Source: a virus
Length of the DNA stretch: 64,000 nt
Reading direction: 5' to 3' (one strand)
IMG/VR virus record: IMGVR_UViG_3300046804_003463
Span: 13,033-77,032 of that record
Shown here in pieces: positions 25,594-35,068 of this stretch. The translations under genes were made by a program, and so were the position numbers. How positions within the stretch are numbered: position 1 is the first letter of the stretch; each line of letters opens with the position of its first letter. The notes under the pieces were generated by a model, which was not told the origin of the DNA, did no database searches, and saw nothing but the letters and a program-made list of their open reading frames with translations.

Positions 25594-28115
25594 ATGTAAT
25601 TTCTCTTTTTAAATGTTGTAAGTGAGATACCTTTTTTCTTCAGTTCGTCTTCTTTTTGATCACCAATTGATGCTGTAGTCGTGTCGCCTGTAAGTTCATT
25701 GATATTTTTAGGCACAACTTGTGTTGCTTTACCTTTTTTGCTTAATTTTTCACCCATGTCTCTAGCAGGAGATTCACCAGCACCCGCCATTGAAATGCCT
25801 GGCTCTATACCTTTGTCTATTGACTCTTGAATTTTTTTCTGCCAATTTTCTTTGATGGTTGAGATGGTGATGGTTCTTCTATCTTCACTTCTTCCTTCGG
25901 CAACGGGCTTGTCAAGGGCTGGTCGTTCTTTTCTTCCAACACTGGCTCTAACTTTTCCAAGTTCTTTGGCTGTTGGGGTGAAACTATTTTGTCCATAAAC
26001 TGCTTCAATCGCAGAATTATCAGGTGAATGTACTTCATACAAATCCTCTTTTAGTTTTACAACATATCTCTTGCCTACTTTTGCTACTGTGCCACCTTTT
26101 TGGTGTGCTTCTTTTGCTGCTGAACCACGAATAAAAAACAATCGTGTCTTGCCATTCTTGTCTGTCAATAGTTTTTGTTTCTTCGTTTCTTCACTAATCT
26201 TGCCTTTGCCAAAATTTGATACATTGATTGGATCACCTTTACGTTCTGGGTTAGGATCGTGTTTTCTTTTTGCACGAACAGCAGCAGCACGTTCTTTCTT
26301 TGACAACGCTGCACGTTTTTCATTTGACATGCATTTTGGTTTTGGTTCACCTGGCTCTCTTGCACAAGGACCAATTGCTTCACCCTTACTATTGATGCGT
26401 TTCCAACCACCTTCGGGATCAGTTTTGCTGAACCATTTACGCAGGTCTTCTTTAATCATGCCTCTTCCTAGTGTAAGTAGATTAAATGCACCAGGATCAG
26501 ACATCGTATTCACTTCCTCTTCTTCTACCATGTCTTCTTCATCTGACTTGAGCAAACGAAGTGTGCGTGTGACTTCTTCTACAGTATCTCCTGTTACTGA
26601 TACTGTGACTGCTTCATTCATCTTAGCCATTTTGCTTTGATGTGTTTCAACAGTCTTTGCAATCTTTTCTACTGGCACTAGACTACCATGCACTGAACGA
26701 TGTGTGACTTTACCATCTTTACCATAACGACCAAAGCCATAATACTCAAGACCCATTGTGTTCATATCATCATGTGTGCCGGCATCTTTATGTGGTTTCG
26801 TGTCGGTACGAATTGGTGCTGTATCTTTTTTACCTAACTCTGTAGCAATCCAACCTTTTGCTGAATCATTCTTTGGTGGTTTACCAACAAACTTTTGTAT
26901 GTTCTTGAAAATGCCGTCTAGTTCTTTTGTCTTTGCTTCTACAACTTCTGGTGGTGCAGAACGCAAATCTTCTGAGTTATCAAACTCAACATAATTGTCA
27001 CGGAATAGTTTACCAAACATTGGTCGTGCCGCTTGTACAGAATCCCATTTTTCTTTACGAATGTCTTCTGGTACTGTACGACCACCACGTTGACCACGTT
27101 CAATATTTCTCTCTTTTGATACTTCGTCGGCTGTGTTGACCATAATCATGGATGTTTCATATCCTAACTTCTCAAGCATGTCTTTGATTTTGGCATACTT
27201 TTCTGGGTCATCACCTGTACCATTGATGATAAGACCATTACGACCATGAAGTGCAAGACGTTGACGCAACTCTGTAACATTCTTTGCACGTTTGCGAACT
27301 GCATTTCTTTGCGCTTCTTCATTGTCTGGCATTTTCTTATCAAGACCTTCTTTGTCCATCAGATACTCAAGTGCTTTGTCTGAATTGATTTCAGTCAGAC
27401 CATGACCATCAAGTGTCTTACTCAACACATAATCTTTACCTGAGCCAGGACCACCACCAAGAAACACTGCTTTGAAAATACCTTTGTCGTGAACACCTTC
27501 ACGAATGATTTCTTCGTGCAATCTCATACCTTTACGTACATCATTGAACATTTGTTTGACATGTGCATGAGACATTGATGATGGTGCGCCCTTCTTGAAT
27601 GAATCAAGGTCACCACTCTTTGCATGTTCACGCATCTTTGAAGCAGAAATGCCAGTTACACCTTCAGCATCAGGATCACGTTCACCCGCTGAGTGTACTT
27701 TGATTGATTTGAAATTGAAACGGGCACCTTCATGTGTGCCATTATACTTGTGAAGCAATCTGTGATATTCTTCTGTACGATCAGAGCCACCAACCATGTG
27801 TAGATGAGTTACACCTTTCTTATGCAATGCTTCTGCATGGTCAAAGAATGTTGGCTTGTCTTTAGATGCTGCTGTGAAGTTCGTGCCAGGAAATGCACGT
27901 TTAGCATGTTTGACTTTTTGATCTGCTGTAAGGGGATTTTTCTTAGAGTCCTGTGAATGTGACAAGACGATGTGATGAGAACCGCCGACAGAATCGGCAA
28001 TATCTTTGACTTTGTTGACTAGTTTTTCGTGACCGTTTGTGATAGGATTCATGCGACCAAATGCTAGGACGGCATGTTTCTCTTTCTGTTCACGTAGAAA
28101 ATCTCTAAATTTCAT
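25590..28115 (-). CDS. Modular protein: CTS-like N-terminus, HIGH-superfamily nucleotidyltransferase, P-loop kinase (zeta/AAA_33-like), further modules
   Basis: MKFRDFLRE; FGRMNPITNGH, VGGSDR, ISASKMR; GGPGSGK; DLRKWF...KPKC module. Confidence 0.8.
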   Translation of the reverse strand: MKFRDFLREQKEKHAVLAFGRMNPITNGHEKLVNKVKDIADSVGGSHHIVLSHSQDSKKNPLTADQKVKHAKRAFPGTNFTAASKDKPTFFDHAEALHKKGVTHLHMVGGSDRTEEYHRLLHKYNGTHEGARFNFKSIKVHSAGERDPDAEGVTGISASKMREHAKSGDLDSFKKGAPSSMSHAHVKQMFNDVRKGMRLHEEIIREGVHDKGIFKAVFLGGGPGSGKDYVLSKTLDGHGLTEINSDKALEYLMDKEGLDKKMPDNEEAQRNAVRKRAKNVTELRQRLALHGRNGLIINGTGDDPEKYAKIKDMLEKLGYETSMIMVNTADEVSKERNIERGQRGGRTVPEDIRKEKWDSVQAARPMFGKLFRDNYVEFDNSEDLRSAPPEVVEAKTKELDGIFKNIQKFVGKPPKNDSAKGWIATELGKKDTAPIRTDTKPHKDAGTHDDMNTMGLEYYGFGRYGKDGKVTHRSVHGSLVPVEKIAKTVETHQSKMAKMNEAVTVSVTGDTVEEVTRTLRLLKSDEEDMVEEEEVNTMSDPGAFNLLTLGRGMIKEDLRKWFSKTDPEGGWKRINSKGEAIGPCAREPGEPKPKCMSNEKRAALSKKERAAAVRAKRKHDPNPERKGDPINVSNFGKGKISEETKKQKLLTDKNGKTRLFFIRGSAAKEAHQKGGTVAKVGKRYVVKLKEDLYEVHSPDNSAIEAVYGQNSFTPTAKELGKVRASVGRKERPALDKPVAEGRSEDRRTITISTIKENWQKKIQESIDKGIEPGISMAGAGESPARDMGEKLSKKGKATQVVPKNINELTGDTTTASIGDQKEDELKKKGISLTTFKKRNYI

Positions 28116-28146
28116 ATCCCCCTACCTCTGCGGCAGTTGTTTACAT

Positions 28147-28161
28147 TATTTAGTATTTAGT
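28147..28161 (-). promoter_or_regulatory. Tandem T4-late-type promoter candidates (ACTAAATA x2)
   Basis: Directly upstream of the CTS-bearing gene run. Confidence 0.55.
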
Positions 28162-28864
28162 AGATTTCCGTTGCTCCTGTGCTGGCCATGACACCTTGAC
28201 AGTGTATTTTATCTAGTTCCACAAGACGGTCAGGTTCAATGTTGAAGAAATGTGCATGTTCTGTGTCAACACCGGCATCTTGAACTACACCAATGTTTCT
28301 TCTACAGACGATAGAGTAATCATCAATAAGACTTGGGCAAAATGAGAATAAACGAGTAATCAACAAATCAGTAAATGTTTCTGCAACTTCACCTCTCATC
28401 CAAGTTGGCATTCTTTTCTTAAACACATACCTACCAAAGTGGTCATGCTCTGCTATGTCAAATTCATCATGAAGTATGGTTCTTGCAGAAAACTTGTACA
28501 CTCTACGAACAGAATGCATCAGACGTTTCATCTCAGGTGCTTGTTTCAGAAGCATCATCATTTTTAGCATCAACACATTTTCTGCTTCACTTTTGCGGGC
28601 AACAGCAGCAAACTGTGCTATGTCTTTATCACCAGAAAAGTCAGCAATCAAATCAACAAGACCACTCATGCTGTCATACTTTTCTTTTTCTACTGCCTCT
28701 GGTGAACCATCTGCTAAAATAACAATCGCATCAGGACATTTCTTTCTGAGTGATACAAGACCTTCAATCGTTTGTTGTAATCTATCTTCACGACTGAGTA
28801 CACCCATGTTTGGATTAAGAGCAGATGTTACAATGAATAGCTGAAGTGAAGGAATCAATGACAT
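28157..28864 (-). CDS. Putative glycosyltransferase-like (GT-A) protein
   Basis: VTSA...RLQQT...ILADGS...KFSAR pattern; last gene of the sugar/cyclitol cluster. Confidence 0.5.
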   Translation of the reverse strand: MSLIPSLQLFIVTSALNPNMGVLSREDRLQQTIEGLVSLRKKCPDAIVILADGSPEAVEKEKYDSMSGLVDLIADFSGDKDIAQFAAVARKSEAENVLMLKMMMLLKQAPEMKRLMHSVRRVYKFSARTILHDEFDIAEHDHFGRYVFKKRMPTWMRGEVAETFTDLLITRLFSFCPSLIDDYSIVCRRNIGVVQDAGVDTEHAHFFNIEPDRLVELDKIHCQGVMASTGATEIY

Positions 28865-29529
28865 TCGTACTCCGAAAATAATTTAATTGTTTTATATGTC
28901 GCTTTTGATTTCAATACATGAAGAATCGTGTCAGTAATTTCTTTTGTATCTAACAACTTGTCTTTATTCGGATGACCATCTTGCATCGGTGTATTAATGC
29001 CACCAGGATGAATACTTGTCACACGAATTTCATCCATTTGTGTATAAATCTCTTTACCAAGAACATCAGCAAAAGCAGTAATAGCGTGTTTAGACGCTGA
29101 ATAAACTGCTTCCCATTCCAGTGGCATAAGACCTGATACAGAATTGATGAAGAAAATATCACTATGTTTATTCATCCACTTGTATGCTTCTTTTGTTACA
29201 TACATCGTGCCTTTGACATTCAAATCAATGATTCTGTCTATTGACTCAAATGAAAAATCATCTCTGAATAAACCCCATTGATATACGCCAGCATTGTTTA
29301 CAAGAACATCAATGTGTGTACCAATTCTTTTGAATGCTTCTTCAACTTGTTTTGATTTCGTGATGTCACATTCTATCCATTGAAATGTGTCGGGAAAGGC
29401 AAAAAGGTTGATAGATGGCTTTGTGCGTGAAAGACCATATACAAAGTAACCTTCATCAATCAGTCTGTCTGCTATATCATAACCAAGACCATAACTACAA
29501 CCTGTCACCACAGCCACTTTACGCATCAT
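28855..29529 (-). CDS. Short-chain dehydrogenase/reductase
   Basis: TGCSYGLG, NNAG, YSASK and PGG motifs. Confidence 0.92.
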   Translation of the reverse strand: MMRKVAVVTGCSYGLGYDIADRLIDEGYFVYGLSRTKPSINLFAFPDTFQWIECDITKSKQVEEAFKRIGTHIDVLVNNAGVYQWGLFRDDFSFESIDRIIDLNVKGTMYVTKEAYKWMNKHSDIFFINSVSGLMPLEWEAVYSASKHAITAFADVLGKEIYTQMDEIRVTSIHPGGINTPMQDGHPNKDKLLDTKEITDTILHVLKSKATYKTIKLFSEYECH

Positions 29530-30662
29530 ATCTCCTCAAAAACATCAATCGCTAATTTCATTTCATCTTCTGTAATGTCATTTACAATCTTATAGTTGCC
29601 AATAGCAATAGGTAATGGCGCATACTGATTACCATTACGATGCTTTGTTGCATCACGTAGGCTCTCTAACAATAACTTCATGTTGGTAAAGTCTTTGTGA
29701 AATGTTTTGAGTTTTAGTCTCTTTGCGACACCAAATATTCGTTTGAGTTGAACAGTATCAATGTAGCCACGAATGAATGAAATACATGAACTGTATAAAC
29801 AATCCAATGCTACTGCTTCACCATGTAGCAATTCAGGTATATTAGTCATTTCAATGACAGGACTGAATGTGTGTCCAAAATCTACACACCGATCTAATCG
29901 TTTTTCCCACAGATTAGGTCCAAGTTCTGCAATCATGTCTGTGATAGCAAGATTGATGACACGAACTGGTACGGCACCATACTGAAACTTTTCATCAATC
30001 AGTATTTCTGCATTCTCTTCTAGTAGATGAAAGAGTTCTGGTGATTTGATGACAGCAAGTTTGAATATCTCTGCAATGCCATTGATGATTTCTCGTTCAC
30101 TCTGTGTACGAATAAATTTCTTGTCAATGTATGTCGCAAGTGGTGGGTAGTACGCACCAATACGATTGCGTCTGCCTAGATGATTGACACCAACTTTAGA
30201 ACCTACAGAAGCGTCAACGATGGCAAGAAGTGTTGTGGGAATTTTAACGTATGGAATTCCACGGCGGTATATGCTACAAGCAAAGCCAACAATATCCAGC
30301 AGAACACCTCCGCCAATAGCGATAATCGGTTCACGGCGTAACACTCCATTCTGTTCAAAAAAGTCTAAGATACGATCTACATTCTTCCAGTTTTTATTTT
30401 CTTCTTTGCAGTCTACACAAAGTATTTTGCAACTCAACTTGACCGCACCAAAGTATGTTGCAATGTTATCTTTGTACAAATCATGTACTTCAGAATCAAT
30501 AACAATGATTCTGCGATCACTATTCGTAATGTTTACAATGTCTTGATTACTTGGGCTGAAGATGTCAGCAGAGTATGTAAGTTTGAATTCTACTGGTAGT
30601 TCTGTTTTGACTGACCAAGTTCGTTTGAACTTGTCATAATCCATCATAAAGTCTAAACTCAT
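29526..30662 (-). CDS. Sedoheptulose-7-phosphate cyclase, 2-epi-5-epi-valiolone synthase (EEVS)-like
   Basis: DHQS fold (GGGVLLD, PTTLLAIVDASVG) with MIAELGPNLWE..LDRCVDFGHTFSP and KHRNG, unlike AroB (LNxGHTxGH). Confidence 0.85.
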   Translation of the reverse strand: MSLDFMMDYDKFKRTWSVKTELPVEFKLTYSADIFSPSNQDIVNITNSDRRIIVIDSEVHDLYKDNIATYFGAVKLSCKILCVDCKEENKNWKNVDRILDFFEQNGVLRREPIIAIGGGVLLDIVGFACSIYRRGIPYVKIPTTLLAIVDASVGSKVGVNHLGRRNRIGAYYPPLATYIDKKFIRTQSEREIINGIAEIFKLAVIKSPELFHLLEENAEILIDEKFQYGAVPVRVINLAITDMIAELGPNLWEKRLDRCVDFGHTFSPVIEMTNIPELLHGEAVALDCLYSSCISFIRGYIDTVQLKRIFGVAKRLKLKTFHKDFTNMKLLLESLRDATKHRNGNQYAPLPIAIGNYKIVNDITEDEMKLAIDVFEEI

Positions 30663-31612
30663 TTCATCGCCTTACTAAACAATTTACATGCATGAACATA
30701 AAAATATTTTGCTTTGTCAATATCACCTGCCAGCAATTTGAAGGGCAGCATACGAATGAACTGTGATGCTTCAAGTATATCTATGAGTTTCATTTTATCT
30801 TCTGGTAACTCAGAGATGAAGTGTTTGTTGAATGTATCAAAGTTATTCGTGTCATCGTTTGGATTAGATAAATTAATTCCTTTCACATGAACATTGTGGT
30901 CATTGATAAGACCATAATAACTGCGTGAACACTGAAGCACTTGTGCGTAGTCAAGGTATTTGGTATTCCACATACTCTCTTCATACACATCAATGAAAAC
31001 TACACGGTCTTCTTCAAATGAGTACATGATATTCTCAAGTGTTGGATTACCATGTATATTACACTCATCATCGTTCTTTAATTCGGAAAAGTATTCTTTC
31101 AGAACATGAAGATAACCACCCACACCTGTAACAACTTCACCATTGAAATGATATGTGCCATAATAAAAGAAATCTTCAAACTCTTTTATCTTGATAGCAT
31201 CTTCAATTTTCTGTTGTATTTCTTCAATAAAATAAAGTTTTGGTGCGCCAGCAATAGGTTCTTTTCTGATTGAGTGAAGTGTATTCAGTCCTTTCCAGAC
31301 TGCTTGACTTATTTTGAAGATTTGTTCTTCACTTAGTATGTCTTTGCTAAGAATGCTTTTGATGTCATGAAAGCCCTCTAGATATTCTAAATCAAACCAT
31401 GCTTCAACGCTAGTAGAATCAACATTTACAACTTTGGGAAATAGATTAGGATATAGTGTATTGTATTGCTGTAGTTTCATTAACTGAGAATACCAACGCA
31501 TGAAACCATATTCACGATTTCCTACACGTGAAATTTCCTTGCGTACAATTTTCTCATCTGGTAACCAATAAGTTCTACTTAATGAGCCACCCTTCAATGA
31601 TATAGTTTTCAT
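30659..31612 (-). CDS. Aminoglycoside-phosphotransferase/choline-kinase-like protein
   Basis: LKGGSLS loop, HGNPTLENI (HGD-like) and FID motifs. Confidence 0.7.
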   Translation of the reverse strand: MKTISLKGGSLSRTYWLPDEKIVRKEISRVGNREYGFMRWYSQLMKLQQYNTLYPNLFPKVVNVDSTSVEAWFDLEYLEGFHDIKSILSKDILSEEQIFKISQAVWKGLNTLHSIRKEPIAGAPKLYFIEEIQQKIEDAIKIKEFEDFFYYGTYHFNGEVVTGVGGYLHVLKEYFSELKNDDECNIHGNPTLENIMYSFEEDRVVFIDVYEESMWNTKYLDYAQVLQCSRSYYGLINDHNVHVKGINLSNPNDDTNNFDTFNKHFISELPEDKMKLIDILEASQFIRMLPFKLLAGDIDKAKYFYVHACKLFSKAMK

Positions 31613-32340
31613 TTTGCACCTAGTGTTTGCCTTGCTATCTCAATGCCGTATTCTTGTGGACTACCTAGCACAATTGTCTCTTGACTACCACCAAGAGGAT
31701 TCATGAATACTTGTTTATTGGATTGTATCATACTTTGTATCACATCTGCAATATACAATTCACCATCTTTTTCGGCTAACTTGTTGTAATATTCTAAGTA
31801 AAGGTGTCCAGTTAGAAAACCATAGAAGCCTGATGACGCATACGGTGAGATTTGTTTCTTTTCTACGATTTCAATTACCGTGTTTTCATATGCACGAACA
31901 TAAGAATACTTTGGTGAATTACCCACGAACACATCAATGTACGCATCATGCTTTGCGGTCAAGTCATCAGCAATAAAATCTATACGACGACCTTTGATGA
32001 TCGTATCTGCGTTATGTACAAATGTTGGTAAATGTTTGTTGTTTAGTTGTTCAATACCAATTGCCGCTGTGTGTGCTTGACCTTTTGTATCACCAATATA
32101 CAAAATATTGCTGTCGTTCCAACCTAGTGGCTTGATTGCTTCAACAAGTTGTTCTTTGAAATAGATGTCTCTTTTGTTGGCGACAAGAATAAGTTGATTG
32201 ACCCAACCAATGTTTTTCAAAATGTCATATATGATTGTCTTATCATTCCAAGGCAAAAGATATTTTGGTATGTCAAAGCCGACATCATGAAAACGGGTGT
32301 TATAACCCGCCATACAGATTATCAGATTCATTTCAGCCAT
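31609..32340 (-). CDS. Sugar-phosphate nucleotidyltransferase-like protein
   Basis: ICMAGYNTRF...PKYLL, TKGQAHT, NAD, EKK, GELYI and LGSP motifs. Confidence 0.82.
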   Translation of the reverse strand: MAEMNLIICMAGYNTRFHDVGFDIPKYLLPWNDKTIIYDILKNIGWVNQLILVANKRDIYFKEQLVEAIKPLGWNDSNILYIGDTKGQAHTAAIGIEQLNNKHLPTFVHNADTIIKGRRIDFIADDLTAKHDAYIDVFVGNSPKYSYVRAYENTVIEIVEKKQISPYASSGFYGFLTGHLYLEYYNKLAEKDGELYIADVIQSMIQSNKQVFMNPLGGSQETIVLGSPQEYGIEIARQTLGAK

Positions 32341-33041
32341 TCTTCCATATCATTTCGTAGCAGTGAATGCCATGTGCTGTTGTACTCACCTGGTGAAAAC
32401 GGATGATTGACATCACAATACACAAGATTCTCACCAACAAGATTGTTTCTCTTCCAGTTGGCACTCATAAAATCTTCCATCATGTATTGTACACCAGAAT
32501 TGTAGAACTCATCAATGTGATTGTAAGCATCAGCATACTTGTCCATGTTTTCGGATGATGAGAACGCAAACTGATCGTTGCCAAAGTCACGTTCTGGTGT
32601 CATGCGACAGTTTGGTATATACAACTTACTGTTGTCTAGTTCTTCAAATGGTATGCGAACATTAATAGCAAAGTCAAATCGTGAACGAATGACCCAATCA
32701 AACTTTGTTTCAAAGTATTTTTCATACTCATACTTTGTTTTCATACACTCTCTGATTGCATACAACTGAGCATATGTTGACATGCGACCATCTTTAACTT
32801 TCCAGTTTGGTGATGGTGGTGGAGTATTCGTGTACTTTGACAAATCAACTGTGGGATTTGGTGATGTCTTAAAGCTGTATGCATTGTATGTTGAAGAAAT
32901 CTTTTGCATTTGTTCAGCAGGCATTTCCCAAGAATGCAGAAATACAGTAACATCATTACCTTTGATGATGTTCTCGTAATGATATGCATAGCCTTTTTCC
33001 CACATTCTTGGTTGGCCAGAAATACATAGTGCTATTCTCAT
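32328..33041 (-). CDS. Putative glycosyltransferase-like protein
   Basis: MRIALCISGQPR...FLHSW...DWVIRSRFD...NDQFA pattern recalled from phage sugar loci. Confidence 0.6.
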   Translation of the reverse strand: MRIALCISGQPRMWEKGYAYHYENIIKGNDVTVFLHSWEMPAEQMQKISSTYNAYSFKTSPNPTVDLSKYTNTPPPSPNWKVKDGRMSTYAQLYAIRECMKTKYEYEKYFETKFDWVIRSRFDFAINVRIPFEELDNSKLYIPNCRMTPERDFGNDQFAFSSSENMDKYADAYNHIDEFYNSGVQYMMEDFMSANWKRNNLVGENLVYCDVNHPFSPGEYNSTWHSLLRNDMEEWLK

Positions 33042-33718
33042 AGTTCTCTTCCTACATTTGCTTTGTTGTCTGTGATGCCAAATGGCTTTAGTTGTTCCTT
33101 TTCCATCACAACCATACTATTGTAAAATGAAACAGAATACAGATTGTGATATACATCTAATGCTTCTTGTGAAATTGGTGAACCTTGAAAGTGTTGCTGA
33201 TTGACAATATCAGTTGCTCGTTTACAATGTTCTGTGAATGTACCAGCACCACGAAACACACCACCCCATGGCTGTGGCCAATAACTTGTGTGAGTGTCTT
33301 CACAAATGTAAACACCACCTTCTTTGATATGTGGAAAAACTTTATTGAGTGTGGTGATTTGATGATTCATTACATGTGAACCATCGTCAATTACAATGTC
33401 AAACTTGTCTTGTGTTTTGAGAAATTCATCCCAAAACTCTGGATCACTTTGGTCACCCATCACAATATTGACATCACCATCATACTCATACTTCAAACAT
33501 TCTTCATTGATGTCAATAGCAACAACTGATGTATCAGAACCAAAGTATTTCAACCACATCTCAATTGAGCCACCACCCAACACACCAATTTCAAGTATGC
33601 GTGGTGCTTTGTGAGTAAATTTACTCAGATGTCTTTCATATACATCAAAATAACCTGACCATTTGGTAGAACCTTTTTCAAGTTCCCAAAATAATTCTTT
33701 GATTCTATTTGTCGTCAT
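33038..33718 (-). CDS. Class I SAM-dependent methyltransferase
   Basis: LEIGVLGGGS, GDQS, DIVIDDGSH and GGVYICED motifs. Confidence 0.88.
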   Translation of the reverse strand: MTTNRIKELFWELEKGSTKWSGYFDVYERHLSKFTHKAPRILEIGVLGGGSIEMWLKYFGSDTSVVAIDINEECLKYEYDGDVNIVMGDQSDPEFWDEFLKTQDKFDIVIDDGSHVMNHQITTLNKVFPHIKEGGVYICEDTHTSYWPQPWGGVFRGAGTFTEHCKRATDIVNQQHFQGSPISQEALDVYHNLYSVSFYNSMVVMEKEQLKPFGITDNKANVGREL

Positions 33719-34547
33719 ATTTCGCCTCAATCACTTTACGCCATTCTGGCACACGATCATACTGATGTACAATAGTATACTCTATTCCTGTTGAAGTTAC
33801 AACCTTGTCACCTTCTAGTTTCGGTGATGGTTCTAATAGATGTGGTCTAAACTGTTCAATCTTACTTGGATCAGCAGTTGTACCTAATTGACATGCCCAA
33901 CCTTCTTCTGATTTCATGTACATTGATGTTTTCACATATGGATGTCTAGAAACCATCACATTGAATACCGCTTGATCAACAATTGGTATTGGGCGATTGA
34001 TACAGTTCAAAAATAATTGCAATGTTAAATCTCTCATTGCATGTCCACGGCCGGCAAGAACACCTACATTGAAAATTGTATTGTTCTTGAAATCATCATA
34101 GATGCCTTGACCATAACATTGTGTAATATTTTCACGACCCCATGGCTCATCTTTATATTTCATACTTTCAGAAGAAAACACTAAGTCTTCTTGTGCAGAA
34201 AGATTCTCTTCTAACCATGTAACAGGATTTTTTTGAAAGATAACATCTCGTACATCAGTGGTAATCACATAACGATAGTCGTTGCTTTTGAGCAGTTTGT
34301 AAATATGAACAAATCGTTCAACATGCACCATCAGTTGTGATTGATAAGTTAGATTACCTTCACCGTCTTGATTGAATGCAATGATTGAGAAACCTGCTTC
34401 AGTTACCTTTTTTACGGTATCTTTGTCGCAGTTCATGAGAATCAGAACTTTGTCACCCTCAAAGCCTGATTGATTGATTGAATTAATCCAATACTTTAGT
34501 TTTGCCCAATCATAATTTGTTGAGCAACCCACGATCAAATCCTTCAT
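33705..34547 (-). CDS. Putative glycosyltransferase (GT-A, DxD)
   Basis: TDVRDVIFQ, NVGV, DQAVFN and HQYDR motifs. Confidence 0.75.
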   Translation of the reverse strand: MKDLIVGCSTNYDWAKLKYWINSINQSGFEGDKVLILMNCDKDTVKKVTEAGFSIIAFNQDGEGNLTYQSQLMVHVERFVHIYKLLKSNDYRYVITTDVRDVIFQKNPVTWLEENLSAQEDLVFSSESMKYKDEPWGRENITQCYGQGIYDDFKNNTIFNVGVLAGRGHAMRDLTLQLFLNCINRPIPIVDQAVFNVMVSRHPYVKTSMYMKSEEGWACQLGTTADPSKIEQFRPHLLEPSPKLEGDKVVTSTGIEYTIVHQYDRVPEWRKVIEAKYDDK

Positions 34548-34562
34548 AATATCTCCAATAAT

Positions 34563-34748
34563 TTATTTTATGTCTGTTGTTGCCCAGTTCGTTGTGTATT
34601 TTTTGTATTGTTGTTGACTCTGACCAGGCGTGTCATCAAGATATTTAGCAGTGAGTTCTGGTCTGCCCCACTCACCACCACCTGCTTTAGACACAAACTC
34701 TTGTCTGCTATCTTTATTTGCCTTGAGATAATCTTTGAATGTTTTCAT
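34563..34748 (-). CDS. Small protein with CTS-like N-terminus (MKTFKDYLK)
   Basis: GEWG...Y..DTPGQ motif. Confidence 0.6.
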   Translation of the reverse strand: MKTFKDYLKANKDSRQEFVSKAGGGEWGRPELTAKYLDDTPGQSQQQYKKYTTNWATTDIK

Positions 34749-35068
34749 ATCGTGAATGAAGAACCGCAACCACAAGTAGCAGTTACGTTTGGATTTTTGA
34801 TTGTAAATGAAGCGCCCATCAAATCTTCTTTATAATCAATCTCGGCTTCATTCATATATTGTAAACTTATAGTATCTATGACAACGCCAACACCATCTCT
34901 TTCGAATGTCATATCATCTTCATTTGGTGGGTATTCTTCTAACGTAAACCCATATTGAAAACCCGAACACCCACCACCTTGTACAAACACACGAAGTTTC
35001 AATGAAGGATCTTCTTCAGCAATAATTGTCTTGATTTTTCTCACAGCAGAATCAGATATAGTTATCAT
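34745..35068 (-). CDS. erpA: A-type Fe-S cluster carrier (ErpA/IscA/HesB)
   Basis: GGGCSGFQY and TCGCGSSF motifs. Confidence 0.92.
   Translation of the reverse strand: MITISDSAVRKIKTIIAEEDPSLKLRVFVQGGGCSGFQYGFTLEEYPPNEDDMTFERDGVGVVIDTISLQYMNEAEIDYKEDLMGASFTIKNPNVTATCGCGSSFTI

Noticed and set aside
29526-30662. Annotation as 3-dehydroquinate synthase (aroB)
   Set aside because: It lacks the AroB LNxGHTxGH pattern, has the NLWE and DFGHTFSP motifs of S7P cyclases, and has no shikimate genes nearby.
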